A DNA stretch of 32,000 nt, taken from Wolbachia endosymbiont of Cimex lectularius (GTDB lineage: Bacteria > Pseudomonadota > Alphaproteobacteria > Rickettsiales > Anaplasmataceae). The translations under genes were made by a program, and so were the position numbers. Every line of letters starts with the position of its first letter. Position 1 is the stretch's first letter. Positions 18,273 through 26,479 of this stretch are shown one piece after another. The stretch is from NCBI RefSeq assembly GCF_000829315.1, contig NZ_AP013028.1, positions 1,020,001-1,052,000 on the forward strand, written 5' to 3'. Under the pieces are notes generated by a model. The model made no database searches and had not been told where the DNA came from. It saw nothing but the letters and a program-made list of their open reading frames with translations.

Positions 18273-18301
18273 TTGACTTTCCCAAATTCACCTGTTATAC
18301 T
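18273..18301 (+). promoter_or_regulatory. Strong sigma-70-like promoter in the gatC-mtaB spacer
   Basis: TTGACT (18273-18278), 17 nt, TATACT (18296-18301). Confidence 0.5.
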
Positions 18302-18307
18302 ATAAGA

Positions 18308-18365
18308 CTTTTTCTGTAAAAGGATAAGTAGCTTCAAGCACCAACGTCAAGTTGGTGCGATTTTT
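18308..18365 (+). ncRNA. Candidate small RNA of about 58 nt (promoter-to-terminator unit)
   Basis: Lies between the promoter above and the terminator hairpin at 18338-18365. No ORF. Ends are predicted, not measured. Confidence 0.3.
18338..18365 (+). terminator. Rho-independent terminator
   Basis: GCACCAAC (18338-18345), loop gtcaa, GTTGGTGC (18351-18358), then ga + TTTTT (18361-18365). Confidence 0.6.
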
Positions 18366-18549
18366 CTGGGTTAATATTCCTTAAGCTGGTTTTAATATAT
18401 ACTAAGTTGACACAGTTACATACTTTCTTTATTGGAAAATTAGAGAGGCAAGTCATTCTCATGTTTCTGAGCCTGGTCATAAGAGGCTTAATGACTTTAC
18501 TTGAATATTTGATATAATAATTAAATTATAAAATCGATTGAAGTCTAGC

Positions 18550-19785
18550 ATGAATGAAGTAGTAACATTTGGCTGTCGTTTGAATTTTTATGAGAGTGAG
18601 TTAATTAAAGAAGCACTAAGAAAAGCAGAGAGAGAAAATGTTGTTGTAGTACACAGTTGTGCAGTGACAAATGAAGCAGAACGCCAGGTGAAACAAAAAA
18701 TACGTAAGATTCATAAAAATGATCCAAGTAAAGAAATCATCGTAGTTGGCTGTGCCGTTCAATTAGATCCTAAATCGTACAGCAACATTCCCGGTGTAAG
18801 CAAAGTGCTGGGCAATCAAGATAAGCTAAAGACTGAAAATTATTTGCTAAATAATAACAAAATATTAGTCAGTGATAATCAAGCAAGCAAATCAGAACCT
18901 ATTTTAATTAATAAGCTTGAAGATAAATCAAGAGCATTTATTGAAGTCCAAAATGGCTGTAATCATAGCTGTACATTTTGCTCAATTACTGAAGCAAGAG
19001 GAAACAACCGATCCGTACCAATAAACAATATTATAGAGCAAATCAAGGTTTTCGTAGCAAATGGCTACCAAGAAGTAGTGTTTACAGGTGTTGATATTAC
19101 TGATTTTGGTACAGATTTATTTGGCAAACCTTCACTTGGTTCAATGATCAGAAGAGTTTTAAAGGATGTACCGGAATTGAAGGGACTTAGGCTTTCTTCC
19201 ATTGATGTTGCTGAAATTGACGACGAGTTAATGAGCTTAATAGTTAACGAATCAAGATTTATGCCACATTTGCACTTAAGTTTGCAATCTGGTAATAATT
19301 TAATCCTAAAAAGGATGAAACGTCGTCACAGCAGGGAGCAAGTGATAGAATTTTGTCATAAAGTAAGGGGCTTGAGGCCTAATATAGCGTTTGGTGCTGA
19401 TATTATTGCTGGATTTCCAACGGAAACTGATGAAATGTTTCAAGATACTGTTAATCTACTAAAGGAAACGAACATAGTTTACCTACATGCTTTTCCATAT
19501 TCAAAGCGAAAGAACACGCCTGCTGCACGAATGCCACAAGTGCCAGAGAGTGTGCGTAAAGAAAGGGTAAAAAACTTAAGGGAAATAAGTAGAGAAATGA
19601 TGAGTAACTTTTATCAATCTTTGATCGGCACTAAACAAAGCGTTTTAGTTGAGCAAAATAATATCGGCAGGGCGGAAAATTTTGCACTAATAAAGCTTTC
19701 ATCGGAGGTTCAGGCTAAAAGCATTGTAAAAGCTAACGTTATAGGAATGGAAAATGGTTATTTAATTGGTTTCTTAATTTCTTGA
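18550..19785 (+). CDS. mtaB: Radical-SAM methylthiotransferase, MiaB-like (MtaB type)
   Basis: ATG 18550 (MNEVVTFGCRLNFYESE). N-terminal UPF0004 cysteines, radical SAM motif CNHSCTFCSI, C-terminal TRAM-like end. Track start 18538 is TTG. Confidence 0.85.
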   Translation: MNEVVTFGCRLNFYESELIKEALRKAERENVVVVHSCAVTNEAERQVKQKIRKIHKNDPSKEIIVVGCAVQLDPKSYSNIPGVSKVLGNQDKLKTENYLLNNNKILVSDNQASKSEPILINKLEDKSRAFIEVQNGCNHSCTFCSITEARGNNRSVPINNIIEQIKVFVANGYQEVVFTGVDITDFGTDLFGKPSLGSMIRRVLKDVPELKGLRLSSIDVAEIDDELMSLIVNESRFMPHLHLSLQSGNNLILKRMKRRHSREQVIEFCHKVRGLRPNIAFGADIIAGFPTETDEMFQDTVNLLKETNIVYLHAFPYSKRKNTPAARMPQVPESVRKERVKNLREISREMMSNFYQSLIGTKQSVLVEQNNIGRAENFALIKLSSEVQAKSIVKANVIGMENGYLIGFLIS

Positions 19786-19804
19786 TGTGAGAAAAAACTT
19801 GTTT

Positions 19805-20596
19805 ATGATGAAAAGATCTACTGTTTTTGATGCATTGATAATCTTGTGTATTAGCTTTTTTTCCGCTCAGGCTAATGCAGGTGATGTTGAAGATCTAATG
19901 CTTGCAGACAAACTTGTATGCCATAAATCTAGAAAATATGATGAAAAAGAAGTTACATCGGTTAAAGACAAAAGACTTAATTTCTATATTAGCGCCAACG
20001 GTGGCAAGATATATCACGATAACTCAGAGATATTTATGAATGGCATAAAAGCAATCGGAGAAAGAGTTCTCACTTTAGTTGAAAGCCGTTGCGGTTCTAT
20101 AATAAGAAATATAGTGGCAGGTAAAATTGAGAGCATACAGAAGTTTGATGGTAAAATTGATTTCCAGTGGCTCAGCAGCATATCTTTAGGTTACCATGCT
20201 AGAGAAAATGGACGAATTGATTTTGAAACTATGTATTCTTGGGCCAATATTAAAAGTGATAACCCTCTACCAGTATTTGATAAATCAGTCAGTATATTCG
20301 CATTTTTGTTAAACTTCTATTATAATCCTAGTATTCAGGATACACAATTTGCTCCATATATTAGTCTTGGTATAGGACCAACAGTTTTTAGATTAAAAAA
20401 GGTTAATGGTTCACCTAAAAATTCAATGCCATTGAATGTTCCTTGGTTTGCTTATCAAGTGAAACTTGGTGTTAATTATTCAATAATTCCGGAAGTCAAA
20501 GCCTTCCTTGGTTATCGTTACTTCAGCATTCCAATACCCGTTGCAGATGACATATCAACTCATAATGTTGAAATCGGTTTGATGCTTAGTTTTTAG
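19805..20596 (+). CDS. Outer-membrane beta-barrel protein (surface-antigen/Wsp-Msp-like family)
   Basis: Signal peptide MMKRSTVFDALIILCISFFSAQANA. Alternating beta-strand pattern, LGYRYF motif, and a C-terminal aromatic residue (...IGLMLSF). Confidence 0.7.
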   Translation: MMKRSTVFDALIILCISFFSAQANAGDVEDLMLADKLVCHKSRKYDEKEVTSVKDKRLNFYISANGGKIYHDNSEIFMNGIKAIGERVLTLVESRCGSIIRNIVAGKIESIQKFDGKIDFQWLSSISLGYHARENGRIDFETMYSWANIKSDNPLPVFDKSVSIFAFLLNFYYNPSIQDTQFAPYISLGIGPTVFRLKKVNGSPKNSMPLNVPWFAYQVKLGVNYSIIPEVKAFLGYRYFSIPIPVADDISTHNVEIGLMLSF

Positions 20597-22108
20597 TTAA
20601 TATATATATAAATTCTCATCCTTTTTATCTAACAAACCAAACGTTGGTACAATTGTTGCTTTTAAAAAGATGACGGTTTCTACTGTTCTCATGTTATCCG
20701 CTAGCCTTTTTGACTTCTGATGCAATGTAGCTTTAAGGCTTTGCTTATCTTCTCTATGCTCTATAAGTCCGCCAATTACCATAACTTCACCACTCTTGAT
20801 TTTTAACATAGAGTTCATTTCCCTAATTTCAATAATTGGAATGTTACTATTCAGTTTTGTTTTACTCTGCTGCGCGATGTACTCTATATTTGGGTCTTTA
20901 GTGTAGCCGTTAATTCTCGATAAGGTTGGGTGTATATCCATGAATATTTCACTAGTATCAACATTGATGCTTGGATGGATTATTAATACAACACCTATTG
21001 GAACGCTATTCATTTTGGTAACTAAGGTATGATTGGAGTTTTTTTGTATATCAGAGGTAAAATAAACGTGATTTTTAGTGAAAGAAATCATCGCTTGCTG
21101 ATTATTTATAGCATGTACTCTAGGGCTTGAAATCACAGTTGAAGTGCCAAATTTGTCTAGACTTTTTACTAAATTCCCCAGATCACCCACACCGAAGTTC
21201 ATTGCTAGATTAATAATGGAACTATCTTGACTCATTACAGGTTTGCTTCCATCGCGTAAATCATCTAAGTTGATACCAGAAAGGTACTTATCGTCTAACA
21301 CGACTTCAACTATCTTTGCCTCTATCATTACTTGAGAAGACGCTAACTGCTTAACTTTATTAATATATTCTTCAACAGCTTTGTGGATGCTTTTTCTAGC
21401 ATTCAAAATAATAACACCGGCTTCTCTATTAGATGAAAGAAATTCTCCATCATTCACCCCGTTAACATCCATTATTGCATTCAACCCCTTTTCCAATGAG
21501 TTCCATAAATCGCTGCTATATTGAGACTTTATAACACTATTATAATCCTTATCGGCATTGATCCCATCACTGCTGGTAATATTGTTGTTAACAACAAAAC
21601 TGCTTTGAGCAGAGTGTTGAATATTGATAAAGTCTACGTAATAATTTTGCGTGTACGGTAAATCCTGCTCAATTCTAATCACGCCATTACTTGTTGAGTA
21701 ACGCAGTTTGGCGCTATCAGCTATGCTCTGAATTACTTCATTTATATTTTTATCTTTTAGCTTTAAAATAATATTGCCTGATATTTTTGGATCTATATCT
21801 AAGTTAATGTCAGAAAGTTTTCCTATCTCAATCAGCAAATCCTTTACTGGCACTTCTTCGCCAATATTAATAGAAATAAGCTGGCTACTGGCCGTGAAAT
21901 CAGGAAACTTTACGGGCAAAGGTACAATCTCTGGTACTGTTGGTTCGTTGCTCTCCGAAGGAAAAATTTTGCCCTTACATTGCCTCAGTGAGTGGTCATG
22001 CTCAATATCATGATGATTTTTGTCGTCTATGTGGGTAATATATCCCTGAGTAGGTAAGCATATACAGGAGATGATAAAAAGGAGCATTGAGCATCTAAAA
22101 ATGGTCAT
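20597..22108 (-). CDS. Secretin-family outer-membrane channel, MshL/PilQ-like lipoprotein
   Basis: 503 aa. Lipobox-like LLFIISC. N-domain ISINIGEEVPVKDLLIEIGKLSDINLDIDPKISGNIILKLKD. Secretin core VISSPRVHAINNQQAMISF, IPIIEIREMNSMLKIKSGEVMVIGGLI, ETVIFLKATIV. Confidence 0.85.
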   Translation of the reverse strand: MTIFRCSMLLFIISCICLPTQGYITHIDDKNHHDIEHDHSLRQCKGKIFPSESNEPTVPEIVPLPVKFPDFTASSQLISINIGEEVPVKDLLIEIGKLSDINLDIDPKISGNIILKLKDKNINEVIQSIADSAKLRYSTSNGVIRIEQDLPYTQNYYVDFINIQHSAQSSFVVNNNITSSDGINADKDYNSVIKSQYSSDLWNSLEKGLNAIMDVNGVNDGEFLSSNREAGVIILNARKSIHKAVEEYINKVKQLASSQVMIEAKIVEVVLDDKYLSGINLDDLRDGSKPVMSQDSSIINLAMNFGVGDLGNLVKSLDKFGTSTVISSPRVHAINNQQAMISFTKNHVYFTSDIQKNSNHTLVTKMNSVPIGVVLIIHPSINVDTSEIFMDIHPTLSRINGYTKDPNIEYIAQQSKTKLNSNIPIIEIREMNSMLKIKSGEVMVIGGLIEHREDKQSLKATLHQKSKRLADNMRTVETVIFLKATIVPTFGLLDKKDENLYIY

Positions 22109-22110
22109 TA

Positions 22111-22970
22111 GAACCTGTTTAAAATCTTCGTAACAGGAGAGAAATGAAGGAGAGGACTATCATCTGTAAGCTAGTGTTGAGCTTCCGCTCGCAATTTTTC
22201 CACAATCGCCTGCACTTTTCTAACCAGGCAAAAGAGCGTTCAACAACCCATCTTTTTGGCAATACGACGAAAGTGTGTAACTCACTTCGCTTTATTACTT
22301 CAACAGTCGCACCAATGATAGCTTTTATTTGTGTTGCAAAATTTTCTCCTGTGTAGCCAGCATCAACCAGTATGTTTTTAACTTCAGAGAGGTTTGCTTT
22401 AGCATTTTCGACCATTTTCACAGCACTGCTACGGTCAGTTGCTTCTGCCGTTGTTACATAAATTGCATGTGGCAAACCTTGTGTATCAACTGCAATATGG
22501 CGCTTTATCCCTGAAATCTTTTTACCTGCATCATAGCCTTTTTTTTCAGCAGTATCTGCGTTTTTAACGCTTTGAGAATCAATTATACAAAAGCTAGTTT
22601 TCTCTTTCCGACCATTGCTGATACGGACCTCTCCAACTAATTTTTTTTAAGACTAATTCCAACAAGCTTGGCTCTTCTCCACTCTTTTTACTCCACACTC
22701 GAAAATAGTAATATACGCTTTCCCATCTTGGAAAACCCTTTGGTAACATCCTCCACTGACAACCACTTTTTAAGACGTACAACACCCCACAAAATACGTC
22801 ATACAAATCAAGTTTTCTTGGTTTTGTTTTCTGCTTGCTACTCTCCAAAATTGGCCTGATTTTTTCAAACTGCTCTTGACTTATATTACTTGGATAACTT
22901 TTCTGCATAGACACCTCATTATTAATCTATGCTTACTTTACCTCACATTTCCAAGATTTTAAACAGGTTC
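22111..22970 (-). mobile_element. IS5-family insertion sequence, copy 3 (860 bp, apparently intact)
   Basis: Flanked by TTA/TTA on the plus strand (22108-22110 and 22971-22973). T8 tract at 22641-22648. Sequence matches copy 4. Confidence 0.95.
22119..22908 (-). CDS. IS5-family transposase, copy 3 (orfA/orfB joined by +1 frame change)
   Basis: OrfA 22594..22908; orfB frame open from the A8 tract to stop 22119. DDE motifs as in copy 1 but with a continuous orfB frame. Confidence 0.85.
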
Positions 22971-23083
22971 TTAGAAAAAAAGCATATAAAACCATTCTAA
23001 TAGATTTCTGTAAAAATATTAAAAATGTATTTAATTTTGTTTTTATCTGGCAGAATCACTACACTAAATGCTACAAATTTACA

Positions 23084-23137
23084 GGGGCGATGACAGAAGG
23101 AGAGGCACTGGAATGACAAGAAAAGGAGGCGCTGGGG
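23084..23137. repeat. Degenerate palindromic repeat elements in the secretin upstream spacer
   Basis: ggggcgatgacagaaggagaggcactggaatgacaagaaaaggaggcgctgggg contains the ...CTGGAATGAC / GATGACAG half-sites seen at 15955-16010. Confidence 0.55.
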
Positions 23138-23242
23138 TCTTGGTAGGCTCAAATCGTAATGCTCATGCAGTTGTGCATCACGCGTTCTGGTTTTTTTATA
23201 TGGTTGTACGGGAAGTCTAATCAAAAAGCTTAAATTATAAAG

Positions 23243-23271
23243 TTGACATTAGTTACAAAATTATGTAATAA
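23243..23271 (+). promoter_or_regulatory. Possible promoter of the IS-split membrane protein gene
   Basis: TTGACA (23243-23248), 17 nt, TAATAA (23266-23271). GAAGGAAG Shine-Dalgarno-like purine run upstream of ATG 23305. Confidence 0.35.
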
Positions 23272-23445
23272 CAAAGGATTACAATAACTTGAAGGAAGAA
23301 ATTTATGTCTGATCAAAAAAAGTTTGCATCATATGCATTAATAGCCATAGGATCTGCAGGACTTATAGCTGGTATCGTAGCTCTCAAATACTGTTCTAAT
23401 TTATCGCTTTTGATTGCAGGGGGAATAATTGGTTCTACGCCTTTA

Positions 23446-24305
23446 GAACCTGTTTAAAATCTTGGAAATGTGAGGTAAAGTAAGCATAGATTAATAATGA
23501 GGTGTCTATGCAGAAAAGTTATCCAAGTAATATAAGTCAAGAGCAGTTTGAAAAAATCAGGCCAATTTTGGAGAGTAGCAAGCAGAAAACAAAACCAAGA
23601 AAACTTGATTTGTATGACGTATTTTGTGGGGTGTTGTACGTCTTAAAAAGTGGTTGTCAGTGGAGGATGTTACCAAAGGGTTTTCCAAGATGGGAAAGCG
23701 TATATTACTATTTTCGAGTGTGGAGTAAAAAGAGTGGAGAAGAGCCAAGCTTGTTGGAATTAGTCTTAAAAAAAATTAGTTGGAGAGGTCCGTATCAGCA
23801 ATGGTCGGAAAGAGAAAACTAGCTTTTGTATAATTGATTCTCAAAGCGTTAAAAACGCAGATACTGCTGAAAAAAAAGGCTATGATGCAGGTAAAAAGAT
23901 TTCAGGGATAAAGCGCCATATTGCAGTTGATACACAAGGTTTGCCACATGCAATTTATGTAACAACGGCAGAAGCAACTGACCGTAGCAGTGCTGTGAAA
24001 ATGGTCGAAAATGCTAAAGCAAACCTCTCTGAAGTTAAAAACATACTGGTTGATGCTGGCTACACAGGAGAAAATTTTGCAACACAAATAAAAGCTATCA
24101 TTGGTGCGACTGTTGAAGTAATAAAGCGAAGTGAGTTACACACTTTCGTCGTATTGCCAAAAAGATGGGTTGTTGAACGCTCTTTTGCCTGGTTAGAAAA
24201 GTGCAGGCGATTGTGGAAAAATTGCGAGCGGAAGCTCAACACTAGCTTACAGATGATAGTCCTCTCCTTCATTTCTCTCCTGTTACGAAGATTTTAAACA
24301 GGTTC
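23446..24305 (+). mobile_element. IS5-family insertion sequence, copy 4 (860 bp, apparently intact)
   Basis: Flanked by TTA (23443-23445) and TTA (24306-24308). A8 tract at 23768-23775. Confidence 0.95.
23508..24297 (+). CDS. IS5-family transposase, copy 4 (orfA/orfB joined by +1 frame change)
   Basis: OrfA codons start at positions divisible by 3 (stop 23820-23822). The orfB frame starts at positions congruent to 1 mod 3 and opens at 23770 inside the A8 tract. Confidence 0.85.
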
Positions 24306-24907
24306 TTACTAATTGCATGTGTTGGTTTTGGCGTTTTATTGCTTATGGATAAGATTTCTCTCGACAAAATATATGGTGATACGTACGATCAAAATAGCTT
24401 TAGTAAACTGGTTATATCTGCTATAGCACATGTTGGCATTTCTTTTGGAATCGGAGCAGGCTTAGTTGCTCTTGGCCTTAAATCTCCCCTGGTTATAGCT
24501 GTCTTAACTCCAATAGCATGCAAAGTTATTATGTTACTTTTTAGTGCGATAACTGAACGCTCTTCTTCTCCACCAACACCACCAGGTGATCCTGATCCAA
24601 GCAAAAAAGACCCTTCTTCTCCACCAAGGCCACCATGTGTTGACAGCAACGTGAAGACTGACGGTGCAAATCCCACAGATCACCCAGAAAGAAGAGAATA
24701 TGATGGCAAACGTACTGAAAGAAAGTGTAAAACATATGCCACCCGCAAAAAGCCTATTATAGTCATAGATGAGGATAAAGAGGATCACATTAGCAAAGAA
24801 CAACAGCTTGTACAAAGTTTAGAGGACCACTTCAAAAGAATAGCAAATTTGAAAATAGAAATTCCAGGGAATGCTGATGATGTTAATAAGTGTAGTTTTC
24901 CTAGCCA

Positions 24908-25840
24908 CTAGTCAATTCTTTCCATCCAAGCATTCACTTGCCTTAACGTTTCAACAGAAGGCAAGTCTTCTGTGCTGAGTGGTAGACGGACAGTTTTGTG
25001 CTCTATGAGCCCAATATCATGCAGGAGTGCTTTGGTAGGTATGGGGTTACTGGCAATAAATAGTTCTTTGCAGGCTTGTTGCCAAACATCCGCTGAGCTT
25101 TTTACATTACCTTCTGTCATTTGAGCAGTTGTTTTTTTCTTAGATTCCAGCGTCATGTGCTGGAATGACAGTAGGCATCGCTTAACATATTCATGCGCTA
25201 CGTGTGGCCAAATATTGGAGGCAACAGAAACCAGGCCAGTCGCACCACAAGCAGCCATGTCAGATATCATATTATCATCTCCACAAAAAACTTCGACGTT
25301 TGGCGCAACTTTCTTATATTCAATTAAAGTATCAACAGTACCACTTGAATCTTTGATAGCCCAAAATTTTTCGTGGCTGGATAAATTGCGTACAGTTTTA
25401 GTATGAAGATTCACTCCTGCTCTCGATGGAATGTTATAAAGCATAGCTGGCACATGTGCTTTCTCAAGTAGCTTTTCAAACCATAAAGTCTGCCCCATGA
25501 TTCCAGGCTTTGTATAAATTGGAGTTGTCATGAGATAACCATGAATAGGCATATCCTTGCAAAAGTCAAGCCACTTGAGAGCATGATATAAATTCACTCC
25601 CGGTACGCCAATCATAATTTTCGTGTTTAATGCCAGCTTACACACGAATTCAACTAATGTACGTTTTTCAGAATCAGTGAGTGACAAGCCCTCACCTGTG
25701 CTACCTAGCAACACTACGCCATTTCCAGCTTCAGCTTGCATTGTAAGTAAACGCTGCAAACTGCGGTAATCTATGCTGTCTCCGCTACAATTAAAAGGTG
25801 TGACACAAGCAGTCCATAGAAATGTAGATAATGATTTCAA
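24908..25840 (-). CDS. dapA: 4-hydroxy-tetrahydrodipicolinate synthase
   Basis: 310 aa with a TTG start. VTPF...LLGSTGEG...YNIPSRAG...IKDSSG...NPIPTKALL. Contains an in-frame palindromic element. Confidence 0.88.
   Translation of the reverse strand: MKSLSTFLWTACVTPFNCSGDSIDYRSLQRLLTMQAEAGNGVVLLGSTGEGLSLTDSEKRTLVEFVCKLALNTKIMIGVPGVNLYHALKWLDFCKDMPIHGYLMTTPIYTKPGIMGQTLWFEKLLEKAHVPAMLYNIPSRAGVNLHTKTVRNLSSHEKFWAIKDSSGTVDTLIEYKKVAPNVEVFCGDDNMISDMAACGATGLVSVASNIWPHVAHEYVKRCLLSFQHMTLESKKKTTAQMTEGNVKSSADVWQQACKELFIASNPIPTKALLHDIGLIEHKTVRLPLSTEDLPSVETLRQVNAWMERID
25135..25172. repeat. Palindromic repeat element copy inside dapA
   Basis: ttagattccagcgtcatgtgctggaatgacag (stem ATTCCAGC / GCTGGAAT) matches 12016-12050 tttctggattccagcgtcacgcgctggaatgacac. 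Confidence 0.7.
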
Positions 25841-25849
25841 TTGAAGTTA

Positions 25850-26332
25850 TCAAAACGGTATTTCATCATCAATGAGCTCTTCTTTTATCTCACTATCAAA
25901 ATTTTCATACTGATTTTTTTGCTCTGTTTCGTTTTGCTTGTATTCATTTGGCTTATAATCAGAGCTTGGTGCACTATTTCGTGAGTCCAAGAGTGTAAGA
26001 ACGCCACTAAAATTCTGTAGCAACACTTCTGTGATATATTTTTCACTACCATTTTGGTCAGTATATTTCCTAGTTCTCAAAGAACCTTCAATGTAAACTT
26101 TACTGCCTTTGCGTGCAAAATCCTTGACGACTTTTACTAATCCTTCACTAAACACTACAATATTATGCCACTCTGTCTTTTCAGAGCGTATACCGGAAGA
26201 CTTATCAGTCCAACTTTCAGATGTGGCTATTGAAAAACTTGCCATCTCTTTTCCATTTTGCATAGTTCTAATTTCAGGATCCCTTCCTAAATTACCAATT
26301 AATATGACTTTATTTATAGTACCACTAGACAT
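25850..26332 (-). CDS. ssb: Single-stranded DNA-binding protein
   Basis: 160 aa. NKVILIGNLGRDPE OB-fold start and an acidic tail ending DDEIPF. Confidence 0.93.
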   Translation of the reverse strand: MSSGTINKVILIGNLGRDPEIRTMQNGKEMASFSIATSESWTDKSSGIRSEKTEWHNIVVFSEGLVKVVKDFARKGSKVYIEGSLRTRKYTDQNGSEKYITEVLLQNFSGVLTLLDSRNSAPSSDYKPNEYKQNETEQKNQYENFDSEIKEELIDDEIPF

Positions 26333-26358
26333 AATTATGCTTTGAATAAACTTTTTAT

Positions 26359-26387
26359 ATTATCTTATGCGAAAATACTATTGTCAA
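26359..26387 (-). promoter_or_regulatory. Sigma-70-like promoter for ssb
   Basis: Minus strand: TTGACA (26387-26382), 17 nt, GATAAT (26364-26359), 26 nt upstream of ATG 26332. Confidence 0.45.
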
Positions 26388-26393
26388 ATCTAA

Positions 26394-26467
26394 TGCGCTT
26401 GGAGGGATTTGAACCCACGGCCTTTGCCTCCGGAGGGCAACGCTCTATCCAACTGAGCTACAAGCGC
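26394..26467 (-). tRNA. tRNA-Arg (anticodon CCG)
   Basis: 74 nt: GCGCTTG TA GCTC AGTTGGATA GAGC G TTGCC CTCCGGA GGCAA AGGCC GTGGG TTCAAAT CCCTC CAAGCGC A. Perfect acceptor, D and anticodon stems. One U-U mismatch in the T stem. CCA is not encoded. Confidence 0.9.
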
Positions 26468-26479
26468 ACATATATTAAA

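Larger units (their letters stand above)
23305..24911 (+). pseudogene. Four-TM membrane protein with Pro-rich charged tail, split by IS copy 4
   Basis: 5' part 23305-23445 (47 codons, MSDQKKFASYALIAIGSAGL...IIGSTPL). 3' part 24309-24911 is in the same frame once the IS and one TTA copy are removed, giving a 247-aa ORF. Confidence 0.85.

Noticed and set aside
18407-18435. Second promoter-like site: TTGACA, 17 nt, TATTGG upstream of mtaB
   Set aside because: The -35 is good, but the -10 lacks the key final T and matches only 3 of 6 positions. That is too weak to report as a feature.
22997-23224. 75-aa minus-strand ORF in the spacer between IS copies 3 and 4
   Set aside because: It covers degenerate palindromic repeat DNA and the promoter region of the split gene. 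It has an Arg/Leu-rich odd composition and no start context.
22111-24305. Composite transposon formed by inverted IS copies 3 and 4
   Set aside because: Each copy has its own matching TTA duplication, so they are independent insertions. The 475-bp interior is simply the old divergent intergenic region plus the first 47 codons of the split gene.
24389-24815. Three antisense ORFs (95, 93 and 64 aa) opposite the Pro-rich tail
   Set aside because: They are artefacts of the GC-rich CCACC/GGTGG repeat region, which keeps several frames open. The sense frame joins cleanly to the upstream gene fragment.
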